A stretch of 64,000 nt of DNA, taken from contig CAMJYM010000003.1 of the NCBI GenBank assembly GCA_946220865.1, positions 28,428 to 92,427 on the forward strand, given 5' to 3'. Source of the DNA: an uncultured Clostridia bacterium. GTDB lineage: Bacteria > Bacillota > Clostridia > Saccharofermentanales > DTU023. The stretch's first letter is position 1, and every line of letters begins with the position of its first letter. The notes under the pieces are model-generated. The model worked only from the letters and a program-made list of their open reading frames with translations, did no database searches and was not told where the DNA came from. The translations under genes were made by a program, and so were the position numbers. Shown one piece after another: positions 37,084 through 45,915 of the stretch.

Positions 37084-38015
37084 ACCTTTGTTTTCCCCTT
37101 GCTGTTTTCGCCAAAGACTCTGTCGGCCAAAGCCTTAGCTGCGTTGTATCCCATCTGCTTCTGGCGGAAATTGATGGCGGCAACCTCGACGATCACCGCC
37201 AGGTTCCGTCCCGGCCGCACAGGTATGGTGATGGACGGGACCGCAATGCCCAGAATTTCCGTGCTTTCTTCATTGATACCAAAACGGTCGTAATTTTTGC
37301 TCTCATCCCAGTTTTCGAGATTGATGACAAAATGGATATTCTCCTGCATTTTGACCGACGAAACGCCGTAGAGCTCCTTGACGTCCAGAATACCCAGCCC
37401 GCGAATTTCAATCAGATGGCGGATGATATCCGGTGCTCGGCCCAATAAAGTGGTGTCAGAAACCCGACGGATTTCCACCAGATCATCGGCGATGAGGCGA
37501 TGGCCACGTTTGACAATTTCCAGAGCCGTTTCAGATTTGCCAACGCCGCTCTCCCCAAGGATCAAAATGCCTTCGCCGTAGACCTCAACGAGAACGCCAT
37601 GCATACTGATGCGTTCAGCCAGTTCAACATTGAGGTATTTGACCAGGGAACTGGTAAAGTTCGCTGTTGTTTCGTCCGTCCCAAAAAGCGGAACCTCATA
37701 TTTCTCCGCGGACTGGAGCATAATTTTGTCCGGCTTATGGCCCCTGGTTAGAATCATGCAGGGGATACCCGTGCTGAAAAGCGCATTCAGGCGCATACGG
37801 CGTTCATCCCTGGAGAGCGAGTCAAGATAGGCATTCTCCATGTTGCCGATCACCTGGATACGGTCAGGTCCAAAATGCTCATAATTTCCTGCAAGTTGCA
37901 GGCCCGGCCGCGTGACATCCGGGATCATGATTAAACGCTGGCCATAGCTCCCTGCGCCGCTTAAAACATGGAGTTTAAATTCCTGTACAACTTCCTGTAA
38001 AGAAATACTGTTCAT
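37080..38015 (-). CDS. hprK: HPr kinase/phosphorylase
   Basis: 311 aa from ATG 38015 (GGAGG Shine-Dalgarno). P-loop GESGVGKSETALE followed by GHRLIADD. Confidence 0.9.
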   Translation of the reverse strand: MNSISLQEVVQEFKLHVLSGAGSYGQRLIMIPDVTRPGLQLAGNYEHFGPDRIQVIGNMENAYLDSLSRDERRMRLNALFSTGIPCMILTRGHKPDKIMLQSAEKYEVPLFGTDETTANFTSSLVKYLNVELAERISMHGVLVEVYGEGILILGESGVGKSETALEIVKRGHRLIADDLVEIRRVSDTTLLGRAPDIIRHLIEIRGLGILDVKELYGVSSVKMQENIHFVINLENWDESKNYDRFGINEESTEILGIAVPSITIPVRPGRNLAVIVEVAAINFRQKQMGYNAAKALADRVFGENSKGKTKV

Positions 38016-38082
38016 AAGGCCTCCACGGGATATAATAAGCACAATGTCTGGCATGATTATAGCATGTGAACAGGAGGCCGCT

Positions 38083-38988
38083 ATGCAGGAAAAGCTCAAA
38101 AAATACAAGATTCAGGAAGGCAAAAAACACATCTCCCTGAAAGACTACCCCACCGATGCGGGGCCTGGGCGTCCCAAAAAAGAGCTGAAAAAAGAAATCC
38201 TTGAGCCTAATATGCAGGAACTGCGAGTTCTTCAGGAAAAACTCTATGCAGAAGATAAGCAGGGTCTGCTCATCTGCCTGCAAGCCATGGATGCCGCCGG
38301 TAAAGACTCTGCCATCGAACACGTGCTGAGCGGCATCAACCCACAGGGCTGCGTGGTCACTCCATTTAAGCAACCCTCCATCGAAGAACTCGACCACGAC
38401 TACCTCTGGCGGATCCATAAAGCCGTTCCGGCCCGCGGCATGATTGGTATTTTTAACCGTTCACATTATGAGGAAGTGCTGGTGGCCCGGGTTCATGATC
38501 TGCCCGAAAAACAACCTATTCCCGATAAACTCGTGGACGAAGAGATTTGGGAACGCCGTTTCGAGCAGATCAATAACTTTGAGAAATACCTCGCTGAAAA
38601 CGGCATCCGCTGCATCAAATTTTTTCTGCATCTCTCCCGCGAAGAGCAGCGCGACCGCTTTCTCCGCCGCATCGACCGGCCCGAAAAGAACTGGAAATTC
38701 TCACCCTCCGATCTGGCCGAGCGCAAACTCTGGGATCAGTACATGGCCGTCTACGAAGATATGCTGGCTAAAACTTCGACCAAAGTCGCCCCCTGGTATA
38801 TCATCCCCGCTGACAAAAAGTGGGTCGCCCGCTATCTGATTTCGGAAATCATCATTGAGACGCTGCAGGACATGAATCCACAGTACCCGGAGCTCTCCCC
38901 TGAAAGTAAGGCCCGTCTCGCTGAATACCGCGAACTTCTGCTCAAAGAAGAGGGGCTCAATGAAGCAGAAAACGAGGATGAGGACTAG
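38083..38988 (+). CDS. ppk2: Polyphosphate kinase 2 family (polyphosphate:nucleotide phosphotransferase)
   Basis: Likely start is ATG 38083 (AGGAGG Shine-Dalgarno). PPK2 motifs QAMDAAGKDS and DHDYLWRIHKAVPARGMIGIFNRSHYE. Confidence 0.85.
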   Translation: MQEKLKKYKIQEGKKHISLKDYPTDAGPGRPKKELKKEILEPNMQELRVLQEKLYAEDKQGLLICLQAMDAAGKDSAIEHVLSGINPQGCVVTPFKQPSIEELDHDYLWRIHKAVPARGMIGIFNRSHYEEVLVARVHDLPEKQPIPDKLVDEEIWERRFEQINNFEKYLAENGIRCIKFFLHLSREEQRDRFLRRIDRPEKNWKFSPSDLAERKLWDQYMAVYEDMLAKTSTKVAPWYIIPADKKWVARYLISEIIIETLQDMNPQYPELSPESKARLAEYRELLLKEEGLNEAENEDED

Positions 38989-39074
38989 TGTCCTCATCCT
39001 CGTTCACAAATTAAGAAGGGCGTACCTTCAATCATCGCAACGGATACGATCCCACTTAAAAGCTATTTCTCAGC

Positions 39075-40055
39075 TCAGGAAATGGGAACGACGGCGCCGT
39101 CATACTTCTGCTCAATGAAGTCGGCGATTTCCTTTGAATGGAGGACATCCATCAAGGCTTTCAGCGCCGGGTTTTCGGCGTTCTCTTTTTTGGCAGCAAT
39201 CACGTTGGCAAAGGTCTGAGCGGCTTCGGAGTCTGCGCTTTCGATATAGAGCGCATCCTTCCTCACGGAGATACCGGCAGAGAGGGCGACATTGCCGTTA
39301 ATCACCGCGTAATCCAGATCGTCAAGGCTGCGGGGCAGCTGCTCGGCAGCCAGTTCCTGGAATTTCAGCTTGTGTGGGTTTTCCTTGATGTCAAGCAGCG
39401 TTGTATCAAGTCCTGCCTTCCCTGCGAAGTCGATCCATCCGAGTTTTTGCAAGATAAGCAGGGCGCGCGCCTGATTTGAGCTGTCATTGGGCAGACCGAT
39501 GGTGGCCCCTTCTTTGAGATCGTCAATACTTTTCAGACGTCCACCGTAAAGGCCCATGGGTTCATAATGAACCTTGCCCAGGGAAACAAGATCCGCCTGT
39601 TTTTCTTTATTGTAGTTTTCGAGGTAGGGAACGTGCTGGTAATAATTGGCGTCGATATCGCCGCTCTGGCAAGCTTCATTGGGCAGGACGTAATCCGTAA
39701 ATTCAACAATTTCGAGCTTGATGCCCTGCTTTTTCAGGGGTTCAACACAGGCCTGAAGAATTTCCGCATGCGGCGTCACACTTGCGCCCACCTTAATGGT
39801 CTGTTCTTTTCCTGTGGCTTCTTTAGCCTCATCAGAGCTTTCCTCAGTGGCTTCTTTGGGTTGCTCAGAGCTTTGTTCTGAAGCTTCGGGTGATTTTTCA
39901 GAGCTTTTCTCAGCAGCCTCTTTAACTTCTTCCGAAGTCTTTTCAGCCGTTTCGTTCTTTTTCTCCGCCTTGTCCGAACCCTCTGGTGCGGCACAGCCCG
40001 CCAGCAGAGCGAGACAGAGCAGCAGAGTTACTAAGAGTGACAATGTTTTTTTCAT
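39075..40055 (-). CDS. metQ: MetQ/NlpA-family methionine-binding lipoprotein with a long Ser/Glu/Lys linker
   Basis: Lipobox LLAGC, then a low-complexity linker with about 30-bp DNA repeats, then an NlpA-type body (VGASVTPHAEIL...). Confidence 0.85.
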   Translation of the reverse strand: MKKTLSLLVTLLLCLALLAGCAAPEGSDKAEKKNETAEKTSEEVKEAAEKSSEKSPEASEQSSEQPKEATEESSDEAKEATGKEQTIKVGASVTPHAEILQACVEPLKKQGIKLEIVEFTDYVLPNEACQSGDIDANYYQHVPYLENYNKEKQADLVSLGKVHYEPMGLYGGRLKSIDDLKEGATIGLPNDSSNQARALLILQKLGWIDFAGKAGLDTTLLDIKENPHKLKFQELAAEQLPRSLDDLDYAVINGNVALSAGISVRKDALYIESADSEAAQTFANVIAAKKENAENPALKALMDVLHSKEIADFIEQKYDGAVVPIS

Positions 40056-40070
40056 AGAATAGTTCCTCAC

Positions 40071-40422
40071 TTTTTTATTTGAAGCAGGATTTTGACCAAA
40101 CCCTGTTTCTTACGATATTACGATAACAAATGCTAAGCCAAGGTGGGCGCGGTCGTTGACGCTCGCTTGCTCCGCAGCAGCCCCTTCTCGTCTCAGACAC
40201 GCTCTCTCTTCAGTGCAGCTCCTGAGGCCGCTGCACTGGGTACAGGATGCTCACTTTGCTGCGGAAGTGATCGCGAACTCGCTCGAAGGGACTCTGCTGC
40301 GCGTCTCGCTGGTTACTGTTAAGCCCGCCGGGTCCGCCGACCCGAGCGATTGTGAGCGAAGCGAACTTTTGAGCGAGGGCGACGGAGCCCGGCCGGGCGC
40401 AACATCTCGCGTGACGCTAGCC
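40071..40422 (-). other. GC-rich, structure-rich non-coding insert separating metI from metQ
   Basis: About 350 bp with no credible ORF. Contains a perfect 9-bp hairpin CAGTGCAGC-N10-GCTGCACTG (40211-40238). The segment CCGCAGCAG (40172-40180) can pair with either 40258-40266 or 40294-40303. TGACGCTNGC direct repeats lie at about 40155 and 40411. Confidence 0.6.
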
Positions 40423-41085
40423 TTAGCGCCGCCGCGCAGCCGAACGTTCGACCAGGCGGCCGCCGACCCCCTGAATAAGCTGCACCAGCAGAATCAGGAG
40501 AATCACTGTGACCGTCATAACCTCCGTGTTATAACGGTTGTAGCCATAATTGAGGGCAATCGCCCCAAGTCCTCCGGCACCGATGAACCCCGCCATGGCG
40601 GAATAGGAAAGAATGGTGGTCGCGGCAATGACTGCGCCTGAAAGTATGGACGTGCCGGCTTCCGGGAGCAGGACTTTCCAGAGGATCTGAGTTTTGCTCG
40701 CTCCCATGGCTTCCGCTGCTTCGCGCACGCCACGCGGCACTTGCAGCAGCGACGTTTCAACGAGGCGCGCTACGAAAGGTGCTGAGGCCACGGTCAGGGG
40801 TACTACGGCGGCACGTGCGCCGATGCCGCTTCCGGCAATCCAGCGGGTGAAGGGCGTGATGTAGACCATCAGAATTAAAAATGGGACAGATCGCAGAATA
40901 TTCACCACGGTACCCAAAAGCCCGTAGATCTGCTTTTGAGGCCGCAGTCCCTGCGGCGAACAGTGGTAAAGGGCAAGGCCAAGAGGCAGGCCCAGCACAT
41001 AAGCCAGCAAGGTGGTCATTCCGCTCATGCTGACACTTTGCCAGGTTCCATTGGATAGTAAGGTCCACCATTGATCAGCAGTCAT
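40423..41085 (-). CDS. metI: Methionine ABC transporter permease
   Basis: 220 aa with 5 TM segments and an EAA-like loop (GVREAAEAMGASKTQILWKVLLPEA). Overlaps the metN stop. Confidence 0.88.
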   Translation of the reverse strand: MTADQWWTLLSNGTWQSVSMSGMTTLLAYVLGLPLGLALYHCSPQGLRPQKQIYGLLGTVVNILRSVPFLILMVYITPFTRWIAGSGIGARAAVVPLTVASAPFVARLVETSLLQVPRGVREAAEAMGASKTQILWKVLLPEAGTSILSGAVIAATTILSYSAMAGFIGAGGLGAIALNYGYNRYNTEVMTVTVILLILLVQLIQGVGGRLVERSAARRR

Positions 41086-42269
41086 ACATTTTCCTCCCTT
41101 TCATCATTTTCTGATTTATCTTCGATTCTTGCGTTTTCTGTATTGTCGCTTGGGTAAGTCTTTTCAGAGCTGGTCTTTTCGACAGGCTGAAATTCATGTT
41201 GTATATCATGGGAGCGGAGCCAGTCTGAAATCTTGTTCCGAGCCTCTTCCCCATCGGGCAGCAGCACAAGCATCTGACCATAGGAAATCCCGTTGATTGC
41301 CGTGGAGTCCGCTGCAAGGATGCTGAGCGGCAGGCCGCTGGCAAGAATTAACTCGGCAAAAATGGCTTCCTCTGCTTTGTGTCCGTCAAAGGTGAGGCGG
41401 ACGGTCGGGCCGAGCTTTTCGCTTTCCAGCAGTTTCCCCTGAGGCAGGACCAGGCGGCGCGTTGTTTCGCTGCGTGGATTGCGGAAAAGCTCCGCAACCT
41501 CATTTTCTTCAATAATCTTCCCGTTCTCCATGACGGCGGCACGCTCACAGATGCTCTCCACTACCTTCATCTGATGGGTAATGAAAATCATGGCGAGCTT
41601 TCTTTCCTGCTGCAGGGATTTGAGCAAAGCCAGAATTTGTTCGGTTGTCTGAGGGTCAAGCGCAGATGTCGCCTCATCCAGTAAAAGCAGATCAGGGTCG
41701 TTCACTAATGCGCGGGCAATGGCTACGCGCTGCTTTTGTCCGCCGGAGAGCTGTTCCGGGTAAGCGCCCCATTTGTCCGGGAGGTCAACACGTTGGAGTA
41801 AGGCCCGGGCCTTCTTTTCCGCCTCGCTTTTTGAGCAGCCGGCAATGCGCAGAGGAAAAGCGATATTCTCGCCCACCGTTTTGGCTGAAAAAAGGTTAAA
41901 GTCCTGAAAAATCATACCGATCTTTCGCCGCGCCTGTCGAAGCTGCTCTTCGCTCAGAGCCTGCAGCTCGCAGCCATGGTAGAAAACTTTCCCCTCGTCC
42001 GGGCGTTCGAGCAGATTAAGGCAGCGAATGAGCGTGCTCTTCCCTGCCCCGGAAAGACCTATAATCCCGTAGATCTGGCCGGGGCGCACGCGGATATCCA
42101 CGCCCCGCAGAGCGTCCACCTCACCGTTTCGGCCCTGGAAGCGTTTTTTCAAACCCCGGGTTTCCAGGATGTACTCTTCCTCGCAGATAGAGCTTTCATT
42201 ATCAAAGCGCTCCACTTTACTCTCTTTGGGGGCTAGTCCTTGCTTCTCTTGCTTTGCTTTTGCTGCCAT
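41082..42269 (-). CDS. metN: Methionine ABC transporter ATP-binding protein with an NIL domain and terminal extensions
   Basis: Walker A GLSGAGKST, signature LSGGQKQRV and Walker B LLLLDEATSALD. Has a C-terminal NIL-like domain and hydrophilic N- and C-terminal tails. Confidence 0.9.
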   Translation of the reverse strand: MAAKAKQEKQGLAPKESKVERFDNESSICEEEYILETRGLKKRFQGRNGEVDALRGVDIRVRPGQIYGIIGLSGAGKSTLIRCLNLLERPDEGKVFYHGCELQALSEEQLRQARRKIGMIFQDFNLFSAKTVGENIAFPLRIAGCSKSEAEKKARALLQRVDLPDKWGAYPEQLSGGQKQRVAIARALVNDPDLLLLDEATSALDPQTTEQILALLKSLQQERKLAMIFITHQMKVVESICERAAVMENGKIIEENEVAELFRNPRSETTRRLVLPQGKLLESEKLGPTVRLTFDGHKAEEAIFAELILASGLPLSILAADSTAINGISYGQMLVLLPDGEEARNKISDWLRSHDIQHEFQPVEKTSSEKTYPSDNTENARIEDKSENDEREENV

Positions 42270-42550
42270 ATATCTGCTCCTTATTTCTGCTTATCCGCCA
42301 TTCACTCATCTTATCCTCACGGATCCTGACATAAAAAAAGGCTGTCCACCGGGGACAGCCTTTAAAAACTTCTTCTTCCGCTTCAGCGCAATTAAAAGTC
42401 GCTCGAAATCCACCGTCTTTCGAGCAAATTAAAAGCACACATGAGCATTCGCTGTGTACAAGTCTTTTGAACTTTGCCCGATTGAGTCATAAAAACGGTT
42501 TCCTTCGCTAAAGATGGGCTTATTCTGCGTCAAAAGAGGCAAGAGGTCAA
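42270..42550 (-). promoter_or_regulatory. metN leader: promoter (TTGACC-17 nt-CAGAAT), about 245-nt leader with a hairpin and an intrinsic terminator; class unresolved
   Basis: On the minus strand, -35 is at 42550-42545 and -10 at 42527-42522. Hairpin GCTCGAAA-N9-TTTCGAGC lies near 42401-42425. The terminator at 42333-42363 lies about 65 nt before the metN start. Confidence 0.55.
42333..42363 (-). terminator. Intrinsic terminator inside the metN leader (attenuator)
   Basis: GGCTGTCC-N5-GGACAGCC followed by T7 on the minus strand. Confidence 0.8.
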
Positions 42551-42621
42551 GCACTGAAAAAAATTTTAATCGTTTTAACTAAAGTCCACTCTCCTCTTTG
42601 GGGCAGCGGTCTCCTTTTTAG

Positions 42622-42660
42622 ATAAAAACTGCCGGCAGGAGCTTTCAGACCTGCCGGCAG
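42622..42660 (-). terminator. Intrinsic terminator of thrS
   Basis: 11-bp stem CTGCCGGCAGG / CCTGCCGGCAG followed by T5 on the minus strand, about 10 nt after the thrS stop. Confidence 0.8.
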
Positions 42661-42670
42661 ACGGCTCCAG

Positions 42671-44599
42671 CTATTTTTCTGCTTCCTCAAGCCAGTCACG
42701 GCGGGCGTTCTGCGCCAGCGCCATCTGCTTGAAAGCTTCAATGCTCATGGTCTCGTTCTCTGACCGGTCACGCTTCCGCACTGAGAAGCTGCCATCTTTC
42801 ACTTCCTGATCACCAAGAATGAGCATGTAAGGGATCTTATCCATCTGTGCCTCGCGAATCTTATAACCAATCTTTTCGTTGCGCTCATCCACCTCGACAC
42901 GCAGACCGGCCAGTTTAAGTTCCTGACAGACCTTGCGGGCATAATCGCCATGATTTTCCGAGGAAATGGGCAGGATGCGGGCCTGAACCGGAGCCAGCCA
43001 GAGCGGGAATTTACCGGCGCAGTGCTCTGTCAGTTCGCCGATAAAACGCTCTATGGAACCGAGAATAGCCCGGTGAATCATGATGGGGCGATGGCGTTCG
43101 CCATCCTGACCAATGTACTCCGCTTCAAAGCGCTGCGGCAGCTGGAAGTCGAGCTGAACCGTGCCGCACTGCCAGGTCCTGCCAATGGAGCCCTGAATAT
43201 AAAAGTCGATCTTCGGTCCATAGAAGGCGCCGTCACCTTCATTGATCTGATAGGCGATGCCTGTTTCATCAAGAGCCTGTTTCAGGCCAGCTTCAGCCTG
43301 ATCCCAGTCGGCAACCTCTCCCATAAAGTCCTCCGGGCGGGTGGAGAGGAAAACCTTATACTTGAAGTGGAACATGCTGTAGATTTCGTCAACCATGCTC
43401 AAGACACCCTTGATTTCGCTGGTAATCTGCTCGGGCGTCATAAAGATGTGAGCGTCGTCCTGAGTAAAGGCGCGGACGCGCATCAGTCCATGAAGCGCGC
43501 CAGATTTTTCGTGGCGGTGAACATGACCCATTTCGGCGAGTCGCAGGGGCAGATCACGGTAAGAGCGTGGCTCCGATTTATAGACGAGAAGGCTGCCGGG
43601 GCAGTTCATCGGCTTGATCGCATATTCCTGATCATCGATCATGGAGGTATACATATTCTCTTTGTAGTGAGTCCAGTGGCCTGAGGTCTCCCAGAGATGC
43701 TGGTTCAGCATCGTCGGCGTCTGAATTTCTCCATAGCCATATTTCACATGGACTTCGCGCCAGTACTCCACAATCGCATTCATCAGCGCCATGCCGTTCG
43801 GCAGCCAGAAGGGGAAACCGGGACCTTCTTCACTGAACATGAAGAGTTTCAGCTCCTTGCCGAGTTTTCTGTGGTCGCGCTGCTTCGCTTCTTCCATCAT
43901 GTGGAGATAAGCTTCGAGTTCCGACTTTTTGGGGAAGCAGGTTCCGTAAATGCGGGTCAGCATTTTATTTTTTTCGTCCCCGCGCCAGTAGGCGCCCGCG
44001 AGCGAGGTCAGTTTGATGGCCTTGACAGCGCGCGTGGACATCAGATGGGGTCCGGCACAGAGATCCGTAAAATCTCCCTGGGTATAGAAAGAGATGACCG
44101 CATCTTCGGGCAGGTCACGAATGAGCTGAACCTTGTAGCTCTCCCCTTTTTCTTCAAAATAGCGGATGGCCTCATCGCGTGGACGGGTAAAGCGCTCAAT
44201 GGGCAGATCTTCCTTGACGATCTTTTGCATTTCCGCTTCAATTTTAGGAAAATCTTCTTCACTGAAGGGGGTATCGCGGTCGACATCGTAATAGTAGCCA
44301 TCCTCGATGGCCGGGCCGATCGCCAACTGGGTCTCAGGATAAAGGCGTTTCACGGCCTGCGCCAGAATATGTGAGGCGGTATGACGGAAAGCATGGCGGC
44401 CGCCCTCGTCGGCAAAAGTCAGGATCGATAGTTTGCAGTCATGATCTACCAGGTCGCGAAGATCGTGCAGTTCGCCGTCGATTTCGCCGGCACAGGCTTC
44501 ACGCTGCAGCCCTGCAGACAATTGGCCGGCGATCTCGTAGATCGACAGCGGCTCATTCAATTCGTGGACATCCCCATTTTTTAATCTCACTTGGATCAT
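42671..44599 (-). CDS. thrS: Threonine--tRNA ligase
   Basis: 642 aa from ATG 44599 (GGGAGAG Shine-Dalgarno). The ORF-track start at 44755 reads into the T-box leader. Has a TGS N-terminus MIQVRLKNGDVHEL and class II core motifs. Confidence 0.93.
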   Translation of the reverse strand: MIQVRLKNGDVHELNEPLSIYEIAGQLSAGLQREACAGEIDGELHDLRDLVDHDCKLSILTFADEGGRHAFRHTASHILAQAVKRLYPETQLAIGPAIEDGYYYDVDRDTPFSEEDFPKIEAEMQKIVKEDLPIERFTRPRDEAIRYFEEKGESYKVQLIRDLPEDAVISFYTQGDFTDLCAGPHLMSTRAVKAIKLTSLAGAYWRGDEKNKMLTRIYGTCFPKKSELEAYLHMMEEAKQRDHRKLGKELKLFMFSEEGPGFPFWLPNGMALMNAIVEYWREVHVKYGYGEIQTPTMLNQHLWETSGHWTHYKENMYTSMIDDQEYAIKPMNCPGSLLVYKSEPRSYRDLPLRLAEMGHVHRHEKSGALHGLMRVRAFTQDDAHIFMTPEQITSEIKGVLSMVDEIYSMFHFKYKVFLSTRPEDFMGEVADWDQAEAGLKQALDETGIAYQINEGDGAFYGPKIDFYIQGSIGRTWQCGTVQLDFQLPQRFEAEYIGQDGERHRPIMIHRAILGSIERFIGELTEHCAGKFPLWLAPVQARILPISSENHGDYARKVCQELKLAGLRVEVDERNEKIGYKIREAQMDKIPYMLILGDQEVKDGSFSVRKRDRSENETMSIEAFKQMALAQNARRDWLEEAEK

Positions 44600-44885
44600 T
44601 TTTTTCTCTCCCTTTCGTGCACATCGGGAATAAAAAACACCCCCGACGCAGGTTTTGCTGTCAAGGGTGCAGAATGCACGGTTCCACCTTGGACTTTCAC
44701 TCAGAGATTTCAGCTCTTTCTGAAGAGCTTGAAATCGAACCCTTAACGCGGGCAACGGCGACGCTCTTCGCGTGCAGCTCGGGAGTGGTCTTCAACGGTT
44801 TTTGCTACGACAAAGCTCTCAGCCTGTGGCTCTGTCTCTCTGCTGAAGCAAGCATCCGCCTACTTTCTCCGTCTTCGCTTTGTTC
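44600..44885 (-). promoter_or_regulatory. T-box leader with a threonine (ACC) specifier
   Basis: On the minus strand, stem I has GCGAAGACGGAGAAAGTA and an AGAGAG box. The specifier context is GAAGACCAC, with ACC at 44789-44787. The T-box sequence AAGGTGGAACCGTG lies at 44690-44677. A terminator with a T-run lies at 44669-44631. Confidence 0.88.
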
Positions 44886-44888
44886 CTC

Positions 44889-44916
44889 ATTATGACGCGG
44901 AAAAAGCGTCTGTCAA
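44889..44916 (-). promoter_or_regulatory. thrS promoter (TTGACA-16 nt-CATAAT)
   Basis: The hexamers were read on the minus strand at 44916-44911 and 44894-44889, immediately upstream of the T-box leader. Confidence 0.65.
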
Positions 44917-44926
44917 GGTCTTTTTG

Positions 44927-45832
44927 TCAGGAATCGAGATCAATCGGCACAAAGCCCTCGCCGCGTACCTCGCTGTAATCGGTCACAATCATCAGCGAGC
45001 GCGGATCAACTTTGCGGACAATCTCTCTGACCTTCACCAGCTCCTTTTTGCTGCAAGCCAGCATAAGGACATTTCTCGGCTTTTTCGTGTAGGCTCCTTC
45101 CGCTTTCAGGAAAGTCGCTCCCCGCTCCAGCAGACGGTTTATTTCATCGTAGATTTCCTGCGGATGATCGCTGATGATGAGACTCATCTTGCCCATGGAG
45201 AAGCCGTTCATGAACTTGTCGATAATCAGGGTCGACACAGCAGTATAAATAATACCGTAGAGCATGGCATCAATGTTTTTGTAGACAAAAACGCCGCAGA
45301 GAATGATGGCTCCATCCGTCATCAGGGTAATCTGACCAATGGAAAAATGCGGCTTCACCTTGCGCACGGACATGATGACCAGATCGGAGCCTCCCGTGCA
45401 GGTTCCGGCCTGGTAGATGATCGCCAGACCCAGACCTGACAGGGCCCCTGCATAGAGTGCCGACAGCATCGTCGTCGTGCCCTGATATGTCCCGAAGAGA
45501 GGGGCCACGAAGTCCAGGAAAATGGCATTCATCACCAAGGTCTGGAACGTTCTCAGCATATAGCGGCTGCCAAGAAAACGGAAAGAGATAAGAACGATGG
45601 GGATATTCAGAATGAGGCTCATAAAACCGATGGGCTGCTTGAACAGGTAGTTCAAAATCAGTGCCATACCGGTGACGCCGCCTGGGGCAAAATCCGCATT
45701 GGAGGCAAAATAATAGACGCCCACCGCATAGATGAGCGAACCAATGGCATCCATAAGCAAATACCGGGGTTCGTTTTTCAGAAAATTCCAAAATTCCTCC
45801 CGGCTCATTGTCAATTTCGCGTATTTTTTCAT
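44927..45832 (-). CDS. YitT-family membrane protein (with a DUF2179-like C-terminal domain)
   Basis: Likely start is ATG 45832 (GGAGG Shine-Dalgarno). Signature FAPGGVTGMALILNYLF and a soluble C-terminal domain. Confidence 0.75.
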   Translation of the reverse strand: MKKYAKLTMSREEFWNFLKNEPRYLLMDAIGSLIYAVGVYYFASNADFAPGGVTGMALILNYLFKQPIGFMSLILNIPIVLISFRFLGSRYMLRTFQTLVMNAIFLDFVAPLFGTYQGTTTMLSALYAGALSGLGLAIIYQAGTCTGGSDLVIMSVRKVKPHFSIGQITLMTDGAIILCGVFVYKNIDAMLYGIIYTAVSTLIIDKFMNGFSMGKMSLIISDHPQEIYDEINRLLERGATFLKAEGAYTKKPRNVLMLACSKKELVKVREIVRKVDPRSLMIVTDYSEVRGEGFVPIDLDS

Positions 45833-45915
45833 TGAAGCCTCCTCACCGGCATAATGGCCAGATTTTTTTATCAAAGCATAGGGCAGAGGGAAAATCAAGA
45901 GGGTAACTGACCCAT

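Noticed and set aside
40156-40641. 161-aa plus-strand ORF covering the metI-metQ insert and running antisense into metI.
   Set aside because: It is Ala/Ser/Arg-rich and low in complexity, has no Shine-Dalgarno, and overlaps the well-supported metI on the opposite strand.
42270-42550. SAM-I (S-box) riboswitch upstream of metN.
   Set aside because: The conserved S-box blocks (GAGGGA...GGCCC...GCAACC...GGTGCTAA) are not present on either strand. The class is left unresolved rather than called.
42671-44755. Extended 694-aa thrS ORF and other N-terminally extended ORF-track entries (8426 ribU, 11493 trxA, 2282 relB, 38108 hprK, 54709 iorA, 52209 aminotransferase).
   Set aside because: The extensions read through riboswitch or T-box leaders, or lack Shine-Dalgarno sequences. 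Internal ATGs with good Shine-Dalgarno sites give proteins with canonical N-termini.
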